A DNA stretch of 64,000 nucleotides, from positions 62,001 through 126,000 of the forward strand of contig JBNJNM010000015.1 in the NCBI GenBank assembly GCA_052426225.1, written 5' to 3'. Below, piece by piece: positions 41,077-54,502 of the stretch. Below the pieces are notes generated by a model. It searched no databases, was not told where the DNA came from, and was given only the letters and a program-made list of their open reading frames with translations. The stretch is from Zancudomyces culisetae HAW-14-8. Lineage: Eukaryota; Fungi; Kickxellomycota. Position numbers and translations under genes: made by a program. Within the stretch, counting starts at the first letter, position 1. Every line of letters starts with the position of its first letter.

Positions 41077-42754
41077 TTAAGGTCTATTTTCGGGAACAAG
41101 AGTAGCAAAGAACCCAATAACTAATGCACGAATCCTATTCAAGGAATTGCGTAATCCCCGTACTTGCGGGTTAGGCGCTTGGTGAGGGGCATTGGGTCCT
41201 TGTTGGAGTGCATCGGTATTACCAGCATTATTAATGATGTTTTCGTTATTGTTATTGTTATTGTTGACTTGAGCATTGTAAATTTGGTTGATGTACTGCC
41301 TCACACGGGGGTTTTGGTATAGTACATAGGCAGCGATAAAAGATAAAACACCAAATATCTGTTTGTAGTTCTTATTGTGGAAGAACAAATAAGACACCAA
41401 TACAACACGGAGCACAAACCATAAAATCCCCAAAACATTCCGAATAGTTAGTCGTCGCAGCTCAATCAAAAGTAGAGCGAAAACACTGGACAGATAATCC
41501 ACGACTCGATGAAAGACGGTGACTTGGTTCCGACGGAGTTGGTCTTGTTGTGCCACTGTAAAAGCAGCAATATTGTTGTGGATGTTTTGAAGGTGTTGAA
41601 GGTTTTGAATGTGTTGAACGTTTTGGTGGGGCAGTAAAGTAACTGATGGACTTGTATACACTGGAGGGTTGCCATAAGGAGTGTGTGTGAATGTCTGAGT
41701 GACGTGTGGATGAGCAGTGGTATAATTAACGGTTTGTGTATTTATATGTGGGTGTGAGTGTGGGTGTGGGTGTGATGTGTGAGTAAAGGATGTGCCGCCC
41801 ATAGCAGAATTATAAATGACGTTAATGTGAGATGCACTTTCGGTCCCGGCATATATTGGCTCAAGTTCCCAAACCACCTTGTAAATGTCACTCCTACATA
41901 TTTAAAGATAAAATTATTGTTAAAATCACCATATATTCTGGATATCGGTTTTTATAGTAAATTTTCAAACTTTTCACCTATAAATAACGTGATAAATAAT
42001 AAATGTGTAAAACTTACCCTATTAATACAAGCTGTTGTACGGAACCATCTGTGTTGGTGGTAGGTGGTGCCAGTGGCACATGCACAATATTAAGTGGCTT
42101 TGGGAGTCCAAAGACAATTCTGGGGTCATTTTGCTGCTGAGTCGACTGTTCGTTGGCTTTGTGGTTTTCTGGTGGTACGTTATTTTGCGCTTCATTTCCC
42201 TTGCCATTTTCAAATGTCGAATTATTTTTGGAAGTAGAAATATGAGTAGCAGAAAGGGGGGTGGAGGCAGAGAATGAAGAAATAGAAGCAGACAAAGGTT
42301 GGGGTTGAGGTTGAGGCTGTAATTGGGGTTGAGGCTGAGACTGAGACTGTAATTGGGGTTGAGATGTCCTTTCTCTGTCTTTTGTGGGCCAACTTCCCTC
42401 AGCTCGCTTTTGTTGTTCAAGAATAGATTTCTTCGCCTCGATTTCTTTAATGTCGTTGGCAGTTTGAGTCATCATGTGTAATGCTGGAGTCACATCAAAC
42501 CCAATGCCCTCAAAAAGCTTACGTATATCTTCATCGTTTTTGAGCATGCGGCCTCGAAAGATGAGTCGAATATCGGCCGCTTTTGGATGCTGCGGATGCA
42601 GAATTTCGAGTTGGGCTTTCAGGTCGGCTATTTTTTTCGTTTTGTCAACTGTAAGGGTGAATGGTTTTGCGAAATGTGAGCCTGGTGAATAGATCATGAG
42701 TTTTGAAGGTTGGTGATGGTTGATTATGTCGTGTTCTTCGATCTGGGACTCCAT
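41077..42754 (-). CDS. Herp/Usa1-like ER-membrane ubiquitin-like-domain ERAD protein, 2 exons (42018-42754, 41077-41893)
   Basis: N-terminal UBL (IADLKAQLEILHPQHPKAADIRLIFRGRML), a hydrophobic hairpin (LWFVLRVVLVSYLFF...) and a C-terminal GFFATLVPE, similar to the HERPUD FFASLLPE end. A GT-AG intron joins the ORFs in frame. Confidence 0.8.
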
Positions 42755-44883
42755 TTTGAAATGTTTCTTTTAGTTAAATTAATTTTTTCTACCTGGTTTG
42801 AATGAATGAGCTAAAATACAATAAAGAGATGGATAAAATTCAATTCTAAATTGGGAATCTATAGTTGTTTTCTTTGAATCTAGCCAAGAAATACACACTG
42901 TATAACAAAATATACGTCTTTGAATAACAAAAGCGCATAAACCATAATATTAAGGATGATGGGAGTGGCCCTTCTGTGCCTTCCTTGTGATTTTTTTTTT
43001 TGGTGAAATTACAAACGGAAACTGAATTGGTTGCAAAATTATGAATAGAGACATTGATAGTCTCTACCATAAACGAATGAATACAAAGCTTTTTCAAGCT
43101 GGTTCCACATAAACACCATGAAATAATAAATGTACAAAATGTAAATAATTTATTGGGTGGGCTCGATTATTAGAGGAAGAATGGGAATTTGTGGACATTA
43201 AAACGATGTCAAATAAACAAAAAAAAATAAAAGCTGAAAAAGAAGCGGGGGATAAAACTGCAGAAAGGCAAAGGTAAAAGCGCAGGAAAGTAAATAAGGG
43301 TGGGTTTTTTTTTCTAGGGGAAACTCTGTAGTCATATTGATGATTTTATACATTCGGCTTGATACATGTCTAACTCACACCTAGTCCTACATATATACAT
43401 TCCATGACACCCATTAGTATCTTTATAATATAGGAGAATCAGCAAAAAATATATTTTCAGTACGACTTTGAATGGTTAACATTTCAATGTTGTGCCCACA
43501 TTATACCGACAGCAAAGAGGGGGTTCACACTCTTTTGAGATTATCTTTACTCTGAAGCCATCAGTATAAATTTATAAGTTCAACTATACCTCCTTTTTGT
43601 TGTTCTTGTATTTATTGCGTGTAGCTTTGAAGGCATGAAAAAAGACATGAGTATTACTTTTTTTTTGTATGATCCATTTGGTGGTTTTCAAAAGTCTTTG
43701 GTATGAAACCATTTTTTTGTTTAATGATAAATCGTATCATGGCTGAATATGTTTATATGATCAGGTATAGTCATGTATACCACATCCTCTCTCCAATTTC
43801 CTCTTTCTTCCACCCTCTCTGGGAAATACAAGATAATATGGAAGGGGATTATTTTTCCGTTTTTGTAACAAAGAGGTTTGTTTTGAACATTTTGTTAGCA
43901 TCTCCAACTCTATAAATTGTAGAACACACTATTCACACTCAAGATGTTAATTTCAAGTTGTAGATGGGATATCTTATACACGAGGATTAACGGCACCTAG
44001 CTCAACTGCTGGGATATTTGCATTATAATCAATGATGAACTCTGAACTTTGCAGTCTGAGTCTCTTCCACAAACTTTTTTTTTTTACAAATCCTAGATAC
44101 TTGGCTAGCTGGGGTTTATTTTCTGGTCTTGGGTTTTGGATCCGCTTTTTACTCTATTAAATTACATTTATCATTGTTAGTTCCAATTTTAGACATTTTT
44201 CTTGTGCCATAACTTTTCGGTGGGTTTTTTTACATCACGATATTTATGTTTGACCCTTCTTTTTTACTTTGGTAAAACAAAAAGACCCAAATTTTTAGAG
44301 TTAGGTGATGGATACATAATTTATCACTACCAATGCTCTGAAATGGGCAAAATGTATAATAAAAGTCACATCATTTTTACTACGGAACCAATTTGATTTT
44401 ACAGGTAATACTTGGTTTCTCTACGCCCATCATCCATTTAGAATAAGATGTAATTGATCCGCAATTATCTTTTTTATTTACTCAATAAGAGCAATAATGT
44501 AGAAAGGCCAACTTGAATACTCCTCCCTCTCCCCCCCCCCCCAGACTTTGTATTGATCTGAAATTGATTTGCCTTGATGGTGGTGGGGGTGGGAAGGAAG
44601 AGAAAAAAGTAGAAATTTCAGCCAAAGAAAATGGAGTAAGAGGAAAAGGGAGGGGGAAAAATTTTTTTTTTTGAGCTGGTGGAATAAATGGATGCAAACA
44701 AATCTGAAAATGAGCTACGAGTAACCAAAGATATTTGCTTTGAATTGTAAAAGCTCAAATAAATAATCTTTAATTGTTTTTTCTTTCAAGCAAGGTCAAT
44801 TTGAAGGCAATCTTGTAGATAAATTATACTATTAATCCACACACCATTAAAATAAACAAAAGGGTTCGAACAAGAGCTAAGAA

Positions 44884-46621
44884 ATGAGTGCAGAGGAACA
44901 AATCGATAATCTAAGCAAAGAGCTTGAAGAAGTGATTTTAGGGTAAACAATCAAGGATTTTAAATTAATGTATTAATGTAAATAAAAATATTAAACATTG
45001 AAAATAAACGGCTGGAATGAAAAAAAAAAAACAATATAGGGAGGATGGAAAGCCACTTTCTAAAAAGGCTCTAAAGAAGTTGGAGAAGGAAAGAGAAAAG
45101 GAGAAGAGAAAGCAAGAGGTAGCGGCAAGATTGGCGTTGGAAAAGGCACAGCGAGAAGCTAATGTAGTCGATTACGGCTTGGAAAACTATGGCAAGCTGC
45201 CAATGAACCAGTCACAGAACAAGGGAGAAACAGAGTGGACCAGAGTCAGAGACCTTAACAAGAGCAAGGTAGGACAAACGGTAGATATCCAAGGCCGTGT
45301 GCAAGGCAGCAGACCAACTGGGTCAAAAATGTGTTTCTTGGTGGTACGGGAGGGCAGCAGCACAGTACAAGGTGTGGTATGTGTTGACAGTGACCAAGTA
45401 TCGAAGCAGATGGTGAAATATGCAGATAGCATTCCAGTAGAGTCGCTGGTAATGATCAAAGCAGAGGTTGTAGCACCAGAGGAAGAAGTGCTGAGTTGCA
45501 CAGTGAAGGATGTGGAGCTGCGTGTTAAAAAGTTGTTTATAATTAGTGAGGCAGTGGCCAGAATACCATTTTCAATGGAAGATGCAACACGCGGAGAGGA
45601 GCAAGAAGAGAAGGAGGGAGTGACTAGTGTACGAGTGAATTTGGACACAAGATTGGATAACCGAGTGATTGACTTGCGAACAATCACAAACAATGCGATA
45701 TTCCGCATCCAGGCAGCTGTAGGCAAGTTGTTCAGGGAGTTCTTGGACACACGCGACTTTGTGGAGATCCACTCACCCAAGATTATTGGGGCGGCTAGTG
45801 AAGGAGGTGCAAATGTATTTGAGGTGTCGTACTTTAAGCGCTCAGCATACTTGGCACAATCGCCACAGCTGTACAAACAGATGTGTATCAGTGCCGACTT
45901 TGGAAAGGTGTATGAAATCGCACCAGTGTTCCGAGCAGAAAACTCAAACACACATCGTCACTTGACAGAGTTTGTAGGACTTGATTTGGAGATGGGATTC
46001 CGAGAACATTACCATGAAGTAATGTTTTTGATTGGCGAGCTGTTTTTGTTTATCTTTGCTGAGCTTGAGAAGCGGTACAGCTACGAGTTGGAGGTCGTGC
46101 GATCACAGTATCCATTCGAGCCCTTCAAATTCTCTGACAAACCACTGAGACTAGAGTTTAAGGATGCTGTTGCATTGTTGCGTGAGGCTGGTGTAGCTAT
46201 CGAAGACTATGAGGATCTGTCAACTGAAAACGAGCGTTTGTTGGGTCGTTTGGTGCGCGAGAAATTCGATACTGATTTTTACATGCTCGACAAGTTCCCT
46301 TCGGCCATACGACCATTCTACACAATGCCAGATGCACAGAATCCACTGTACTCAAACTCGTATGACTTTTTCATCCGTGGCGAAGAAGTCATGTCGGGTG
46401 CGCAACGTATCCACGACGCCGCTTTCCTCGAGAAGCGTGCACTGGAATGTGGGGTTGATATCGAGTCAATCAAAGACTACATTGATGCCTTCAAATACGG
46501 CTGTCCTCCACACGCTGGTGGTGGTGTTGGTCTTGAACGTGTTGTCATGTTGTATCTCAACCTTGGAAATATCCGCCGCACATCTCTGTTCCCCCGCGAC
46601 CCTCGCCGCATCTACCCTTAG
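44884..46621 (+). CDS. DPS1: Cytosolic aspartyl-tRNA synthetase, 546 aa, 2 exons (44884-44942, 45040-46621)
   Basis: VILGEDGKPLSKKALKK, LDTRLDNRVIDLRT, AYLAQSPQLYKQ, motif 2 FRAENSNTHRH, motif 3 GGGVGLERV, FPRDP. Confidence 0.98.
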
Positions 46622-46623
46622 TT

Positions 46624-47799
46624 TCAGTAGTACCATCGTGTTGATAGGTCTTGGTTGGCATGCAGCCATTTCCAGCTTGTTGGCTGCCTCCATGCTTTAC
46701 GTCGGTTGTTTTCTAACACTCTTTCGTTCACTACATCCGCCATTTTTATTGCCTCAGGGACATTATCTATTTTCATAGCACATGTTATTATACATTCACT
46801 AAATAAACATTCATTTAGTCTCCCTCTTACTCCTCCAATTTGTACTTACCTCCTTCATTCACGTATATAACTATATCCATCATTTGAAGATTTCGTTTGT
46901 TAAATTCTCGAATAATTCGTTTACTAATCCCTGAATCTTTCAATCCAAGCTTATCCACATTGTCCTTATTTTCTTTTACTTCAGGAAATACCATCGAATC
47001 TCTGGACCACAAACAGTTTGGTTCTTGTTGCACAGAGTAGTTACAGTAAACTTTGATCATATTTTCCAACCCTTGCTCAATCGCTTCCTCTCCATACCCT
47101 GTCATGTAAATATTGTTACTGCTTGTTAACAGTACAAGTCGGTCAAATTTGTTTTCGATAAAAAACTCCACAAACTCCTTCACATACAACGCCCGGTAAT
47201 TAAAAATCAATTTCTCAGTAGTCCGGCTATCTCCCTCGGCACTATTTCCGCTTATTTCTGTTATGGAGGATTTTAATACTGGTGAACGAACCTGGATTAG
47301 TGTATATTTTGGACCAGTACCCATACCCATACTCATACTCATACTCTTGCCTTGCAGCTGGTATACTTCAATGGGCTGCACTTGAATCTCACTACTACTA
47401 CCATTACCCTTCGCAAAGCTTCCTGCTGAATCCGATTGTATCGTTTCCGGTTTCGGATCATCGAATGGTTCGGTACTTGAAATAGGATACACATAGTCGC
47501 TGTCCACACTTCCGACTCTGACAAATCTTGCACATTCGCTACTGTTTTTTTCATTTTCGGCATCGCACCAGTTACTAATTAGTAAATCCACTCCTAGTTG
47601 TGGTACATTTCCGATTGAAACTACTGGCTATTTTATTTATTTATTTATTTAGTTAGTTAGTTGATTTACGATTTATCATTTAACTTGGATTAATTAATCA
47701 TACTAATAACCAAAAATATGACTTAATAGTGTTTACCATGATCAGAGTCGAGCCTTCAAAAGGCAAAACCTCGACGTTTTTATAAGGATAAAACTTCAT
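46624..47799 (-). CDS. PSMG2: Proteasome assembly chaperone 2 (PAC2/PSMG2), 327 aa, 3 exons (47737-47799, 46850-47627, 46624-46766)
   Basis: Spliced product contains GSTLIMPVVSIGNVPQLGVDLLI, LIQVRSP, YVNEGDNVPEA and WRQPTSWKWL, which are PAC2 hallmarks. Total 984 nt in phase. Confidence 0.92.
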
Positions 47800-49118
47800 T
47801 TTCCCAAATCTTTACTCTGAATTGTGCTGTTATTGAATATCGTTAGTTTGTTTTTATTTTCTTATTTGAGTGGGATTGTTTATTTATTTATTTACTCTGA
47901 AGTACAATTGAATGATTAAATTGGTTACGTATCCAAAATTGTAGAAAAATTCACGTGATATACTCAAGAGTGAATAAACCCAAATTTTCCCATTAATTTA
48001 TAATCTGCGCACTTCACCCTTCCAATTTTACACAATACAAAGCCAGGTTTTGCCCTAATCGTGTGTGGAAATATACTCATTATTTACTTGCGTTGATCGT
48101 AACAACTGTAAGGTAAACAAAATTGTAGCTCTAGGCGTAGAGAATGAATAGTGTACACAACACATCGTAAAATACCCAGAGGACAAGGTTTTGAATATAG
48201 ATATAATTTGCTTGCTATCCATTTAATTTGATCCAGCCATAAAGATTTATTTTTGTTTTTTCTTGAGCAATAGGAAATTGCAACATTGAAAAAACATGAG
48301 ATCAAAAAAATAAAAATGATATATTAAAAATAAAGCAAAAAAAAGACGATAACTCAGATCAGGACAAACACACAAACCACTCATCTAATCTAGACACAAA
48401 CAGGGCATTTTACTATTTTACGACTTTTTTTTTGTTTTTTTTTGCAGGTACACCTAATTTTATCAGATCACAAATCTTTAAAAAAGGTGGGGGGGGTGAG
48501 AAAGTGAAAGTGAGAGAGAAGGAGGAGAGAACTCGGTTTTTCTCTCTTTCTAACGTTTGTATGCACTTGTGAAGCTTGTATTATGTTCTTGATGTGTTTA
48601 TTTAATCAACTCTGCCAGACAATAACAAGGATTCTTTTTTATATCATCATTGTATTGACTTTGGTATTGATTTTGATTTTGACATTTTTATTGTTTTTAG
48701 TAAAGTTTGGAAAAATAAAAATGTGATGATTACGAAAAACAACAGGAAGGGGAACTTTATCCAAGGATAATCAAAAAAAAAAATTAAAAAAAACTTAGGT
48801 ATTAGGTATCGTGCTGTGAGATGATTCGCGTATTGGTTGTTGATAAAAACAAACCTTGTCACTGGTGATTGATTGGCAATATTACACGTAAATATTTTTG
48901 GATTTATTGTTTTTTTATTGTTTTTATTTTGCTCTTTCATGTGCTCCAACCAAAAATATACAAATATAAGTTACACGAATCAAATGATTATTAGTGGGAA
49001 AAAGCCTATGCGCACTTTGAACAGTTTCAAATACATGTAGATCCTTTTAATTCTGTACTTTTAAATACTGCTCCTTTTTACACTATCCATGTACTAACTT
49101 GCCTTGTTTTGTCTTATC

Positions 49119-49180
49119 TTGTGTTGTGTTGTGTTGTGTTGTGTTGTGTTGTATTGTATTGTGTTGTATTGTGTAGTGTT
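49119..49180 (+). repeat. (TTGTG/TTGTA)n pentanucleotide microsatellite
   Basis: gtgttgtgttgtgtt...gtattgtatt read directly from the sequence. Confidence 0.9.
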
Positions 49181-50449
49181 GGATTTGTGTTATGTCGCGT
49201 GCGGTTTTTTTTGGTACTGAGAGTAAGCCTAAGATTAAACAGTTTACAACCTAGCACACGTTACTAAAGCAAAAGAAATAATAAAACTAAAAAGTATGTA
49301 TGTCAAAAAGATGCCAATATACAGTTACAACTCTTAACACATGACTGGAAAAAAACCAAGAGCCACTATTGCCACCATTTACCGCTTCTTTGCGTTTTGC
49401 GTCCTACAAAACTTTTTCGGTTAGCTGACCATTTATTTAAGTTTGGCGAAATTAACTGCTTATTCTTCTATAAAAGAAAAAGGATTATAAACAATATGGA
49501 CAAATACTTCAAAATGTTTTCTGGACTTCAAAAAAATTAATTTTAGGTAGCAAAAGAGAAAATATAAACAAAGACACGAATACTTATTAGAATCAGTAAA
49601 AAGGGTTGTCATAATTTCCGCCAGAAAATCTATCAATGTATATGAAAGTAGAATAAAACAAACACACAAGCTAATGAACGGGGCCAGAAAATAAAATAAG
49701 AATATAATTTGGATTATTATTTTTTTTCTCCCACAATTTCGAGATCATTTTAATGCCAATTCTAGGAAGGTATTATTATATTTCAATTTTATTTGCAAGT
49801 TCGTGACTTGTCAAATTACAAAAAAGTGCAACACTGGTTAAATGATTTGCCAGTTATTATTAAATGTATGGTAAACATTGCGTTTTCAAAAAAAATAAAA
49901 AATAAAAAATAAAAAACATTGAAAACAATCAGCGCATTAATACTACTTGTAATCAATCCATCTAATTTTTTCTTTTTTCCCAGTTTAAAAAAAATTTTTT
50001 TTTATTTTGATACGGGATTGTTTTATTTATATTCCGGCATTACAAGAGGTGGAAACAGGGAGGGGGAGGGGATAAGGGAGGAGGTAGAAAATTAAATGAT
50101 ATTTGCTCATTTGTTATACTTGGCTAATATTTTTTTTTGTCAATATATAAGAATTATACAAGTACGAATTGAATTTTTTCATGATAAATAAATACGAGTT
50201 TTTAATTATTTTTCTCTCTTGCATAAACAAATAATTTTTTGATATTTCTCTATGTATGTTTTTTTTTATGTTGTTATATTTTATTTGTAAAACAAATCAA
50301 GCAATAGGAATTACCTGGAATAGACTTAGATTAGCAAGGATTCGAAAATAAAATCGTCGATTTGTACTATAGAAATTTGTAGACGAAATAGGAAAACTCG
50401 GGATTGGCATTACATAGAATAGATATAGAACCAAAAATATAAAATATAG

Positions 50450-53400
50450 ATGATGGCAATAAACGTGGCAGAACCTACATTGGAGCAAGATGTGGGCGCC
50501 AAGAAGAATGCGACAGAAATATCCAAGCCTCAGCAACAACAAGTACAAGAACATTCTCAGGAGCAAGTACAACCTGAAAACCCACAACAAGCTGAAAATA
50601 TTCGAGATGAGGATGTGGAAAAAAACGATGAGAAAGTAGAGGATATGGAAGTAGATGAAAAACAGGTTTTAGAGCAAGAATGTAAATTCGAGGATGTACC
50701 AACAGAATCTGAAATTACTGGTAGTGAAAAGGAGGAAGTGAAGGAAGAAAAAGCAGAAATTAAAGAGCATGAAATGGAGGAACGCGTAGTAGAGCATGAT
50801 CAAGAAAATGAAAAAAGTAAAGTTGTTGGAGAACAAGAAGAGGATATGGAGCTAGCGAGTCAACCTTCAAAAGAACAGGAGATCAAAGAACAGGAAATGA
50901 GCGAAGTAGTAGAAAAAGAGGAAGGAAAGGGGTTGGAGGCGAAGAAGGAAATAGAAAAAGAAGTAAAAGTAGAAAAGGAAGTAGAAGTAGAAAAGGGAAC
51001 AGAAACGAATTTGGAAACAAAAGAGGATGTGAAAGAGACGGAGACAAAACCGGTGGAAATAGAAATAGAAACAGAAACAGAAAAACAACAAAAGTTGGAT
51101 ATGTGTGAAGAGGAAGATAAACAAAGGGAAATGGAAGTAGAAGCGAGCGAAGAGGTAAAAGTAGAAAAGAGTCGAGTAGCTGTGGAGGCTGAGACTGGGC
51201 TCGATACATTTGATGAAGTGGAGGGTCAGGAAATTATTAAAGAGAACTTAAAGAGAAAACAAGAAGACGTAGAAGAGATAAAAGGGAAGGAGAATAAGAT
51301 AGAAGAAAATGAACAAGACCAAGTGAAAGAGGAGGAAAAGAAGGAAGAGAATCGCATAGGAGAGAGAGAAAAAGAAGAGCCAGAGGCCAAAAAGGCCAGG
51401 ATAGAAGGTGAAGAACACAGAGAGACACAGATAAGCAAGGAGCAAAGCAAATACATAGCGGCAATGCTGAGGTCATTGAAGAGACACCGAGATGCAGGAC
51501 CGTTTTTGGAGCCGGTGGATGTGGAGGGGCTGGGGATTCACGATTATCCGATAATAGTTAAGCATGCAATGGATTTGGGGACGGTGGAAAGAAGGTTTAA
51601 GGAGCAGAAGTATACGAGAGTGGAAGATTTTATTAAAGATATGGAACTAATATTTAACAACTGTTATTTGTACAATGGGAAAGAATTGCCAGTGAGTCTG
51701 ATGGCACAGAATTTAGAAAATGCGTTTAGAAACCAGTTGAAGAAGATGCCGGCGAACACGGTGGTGAAACCAGATTCAGTTGTGGAGAAGGAAGGAGAGA
51801 TGCGTAGACAAAAACGAGAAACACATCCACCACCAAGCAAGGATATTCCGACCAATGTAAATGCGGGGAAGAGTCACAAAAAAGGATCAGTTTCATCGGT
51901 AACGGGTGCTAATGGAGTAACTACGGCATCGTTAGAAGCACATCGGCTGAAGTTTTGTGGGACAGTGATACGGGAAATGTTTAAAAAGACATATACAGAC
52001 ATAGGATACTTATTCTACGAGCCAGTGGATTGGAAAGAGCTGAACATTCCCCAATACCCAAAGGTTATTAAAAACCCAATGGATTTGGGCACGATTCGAA
52101 AGAAATACGACGCTGGATTATACAATTCATCAGACGAGTTTGAGGCGGACGTTCGGCTAATGTTTAACAACTGTTACAAGTTCAATCCACCAAATCATCC
52201 TGTCCACCTTGCTGGGAAACGATTTGAAGAAATTTTTGACAAGAAATGGGCTGAGCTACCGACTGCTGAACAGATTCAACAACAAGCTAAACCTTCGCGT
52301 CGCCGAGAAAGCTCAACGACATCGGTTGACTCGTCGTTGATTCAATCGCTTGAACAGAGTCTGCTGGATATCACCAGACAAATCCAAGTTCTTAAACAGA
52401 GCGATGAATACAAGAGAAACGAAGAACTGGCCTCATCTCAATCGGTTTCAGCATCAGGAAGAGGAAAGCAGCGTCCGTCTTCTGTATCCAAACACCAATC
52501 GAAATCAAAGAGAAAGACGTCGAGTTCAGGGTCCACTAAGCAACACCGCCGGAAAGCTAGTGGGAGCACAACTGAGTCACTAAGTAATGAATACGACTCT
52601 AAAATGTCAATTAATAATGGTGCAAACGTGCACCTAACGCTGGCTCAAAAGAAGAGTCTTTCAAACAAAATCGAATCGTTGCCTTTTGATAAGCTACAAA
52701 CCGCGATAGATATAATCAAATCGGCTTATCCGCATCTTATCAGCGAGGAAGAAGAGATTGAACTGGATATTGAACAGCTCGATAACGAAACTGTCAAGCG
52801 GCTGTACGATTTTGTCGTGTTAAACAAGCCTGCTACATTTAGCAATCGATCCAGAGTCTCTGCTGCCGGTAGCAACAGTTCGGGCTCTGTCAATTCTACT
52901 TCTAAACACTCTTCGTATTCGTCCCATCCTAGAGATTCGCTGATGTTGGAGCAGAAGTTAATGGCCTTCGATTCCGATAATAAATGTAATTGTCTTATTT
53001 ACCCCTATTGCTTTAATGCGAACTTTTCTTTTAAACATCTTATTTATTTACTAATTTTTTTTTCTTGTAGCATTGTCAAGCAAAAACACCGCTGCAAACA
53101 ACAATACGCTCAAGCCAATTGTGTATTCCTCTTCATCTTCCTCATCGGGTTCATCTCCGTGTTCCTCGCCCGACCATCCATCTTCCAGTGCTAACAATAA
53201 TAGTAAGAGTGCCAATATAAATTATGGTGTGAGTAATGTTAATATCCGTACATGTAAATGAATCTATTTATATCATGGTCTCTTCTTTTCTACCTTGCAT
53301 CTCTTTTTTATTTTTTTTAAAACTTTTTATTTTTTTTTTGATGGTATTCAGGATTGTAATTTTATTCATTCAATTTGGTTATATATATGTATGTATGTAT

Positions 53401-54502
53401 ATATATAATAGTAAAAACAAAAAGGCTCAGGATCAATTTTGAAAAAGCTGACTCTTCAACTATTCATCCTTCATCTTCTTCTTCATCTTCTTCATCTTCA
53501 TCCGTTCTTCTCTCAAACAAACCCAATGTAAAAATTTCGATCTCAGGAAATAAAATTATTATTAAGGGCAACATTCCAATGTCATCGCTTTCAACCAATA
53601 CTATTGTTGCTGCTACTGATACTGCTACTACCAATATTGCCAATATCACTACTACTAGTACTAACACTGCCACTACCACACCATTAAAGCCATCTTCATC
53701 ATCTGTTAAAAGACCAAATCAAACCTCCAACCAAAATTCAAATTCAAATCCAAACCTCAATCCTAATTCCAATACTAATGCTAATGCTAATACTAATACC
53801 AACTCTAAACCTGGGTTCAAACCCAAACCACCTCGACAGTCACACTCGTTTTTATCCTCATCGGATATCCTCACTCAGTTTAACCTTCTTAAACAAAAAG
53901 AACAACAACTATTCAACAGACTGAGTGCCAGTAGTAAACCCTCGTCTCAGGCCCAACAACATCCTGGTTCAAATAAAAACAACCTTGCTGGAAATCCATC
54001 ATCATTAGCAACAATGTCCCAAAATCCCGCTACTTCTCATTTCTCACCTGCCCGGAATCCCGGTCATGCTGCTGCTGCTACTTTTCACAGTGTTGATTTC
54101 GTTAATGAACCATTTAGTCAGGAAAAATTTGATTACCATACTAACCTCATCAATTCAATCCTTTCCACCAATACCAGTACCAGTACCAATACCAGTACCA
54201 ATACCAATGCTAATACCAATTTAGACTTCAAAAATCTAAACTCTGCTGGACTCTCCAATCTGGATTTGTATACCCAATCCAATGTCTGTTGTGATTTTGA
54301 ATTGTTTTTATTTGGACATCCCCATCTACAAAAGCACCAGTACCATTGGAACACCTTGACGTCTTCTTCATCTATTACCTTAACCAATGCTGATACTGGT
54401 AGTAGCGGTGGTACTGGTAATGGTAGCAATGATAATAGTGGTGATACTAATTCTTGTGATTTGTATGTTTTATTGACAAATTACTTGACGCTAAATACGT
54501 AA
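50450..54502 (+). CDS. BDF1: BET-family double-bromodomain protein (Bdf1/BRD4-like), 3 exons (50450-52985, 53071-~53226/53253, 53412-54502)
   Basis: BD1 (PFLEPVD...DYPIIVKHAMDLGT...FNNCYLYN), BD2 (FYEPVD...YPKVIKNPMDLGT...FNNCYKFN) and ET domain (QKKSLSNKIESL...EIELDIEQLD..T...LYDFV). The downstream exons are joined by phase-1 GT-AG introns; the second donor site is ambiguous. Confidence 0.9.

Noticed and set aside
46618-46626. PAC2 ends TGA-AAC-TAA, resembling a penultimate selenocysteine codon (some early-diverging fungi use Sec)
   Set aside because: PAC2 has no known Cys/Sec at this position, I recognised no SECIS, and the TAA is simply the antisense of the end of DPS1.
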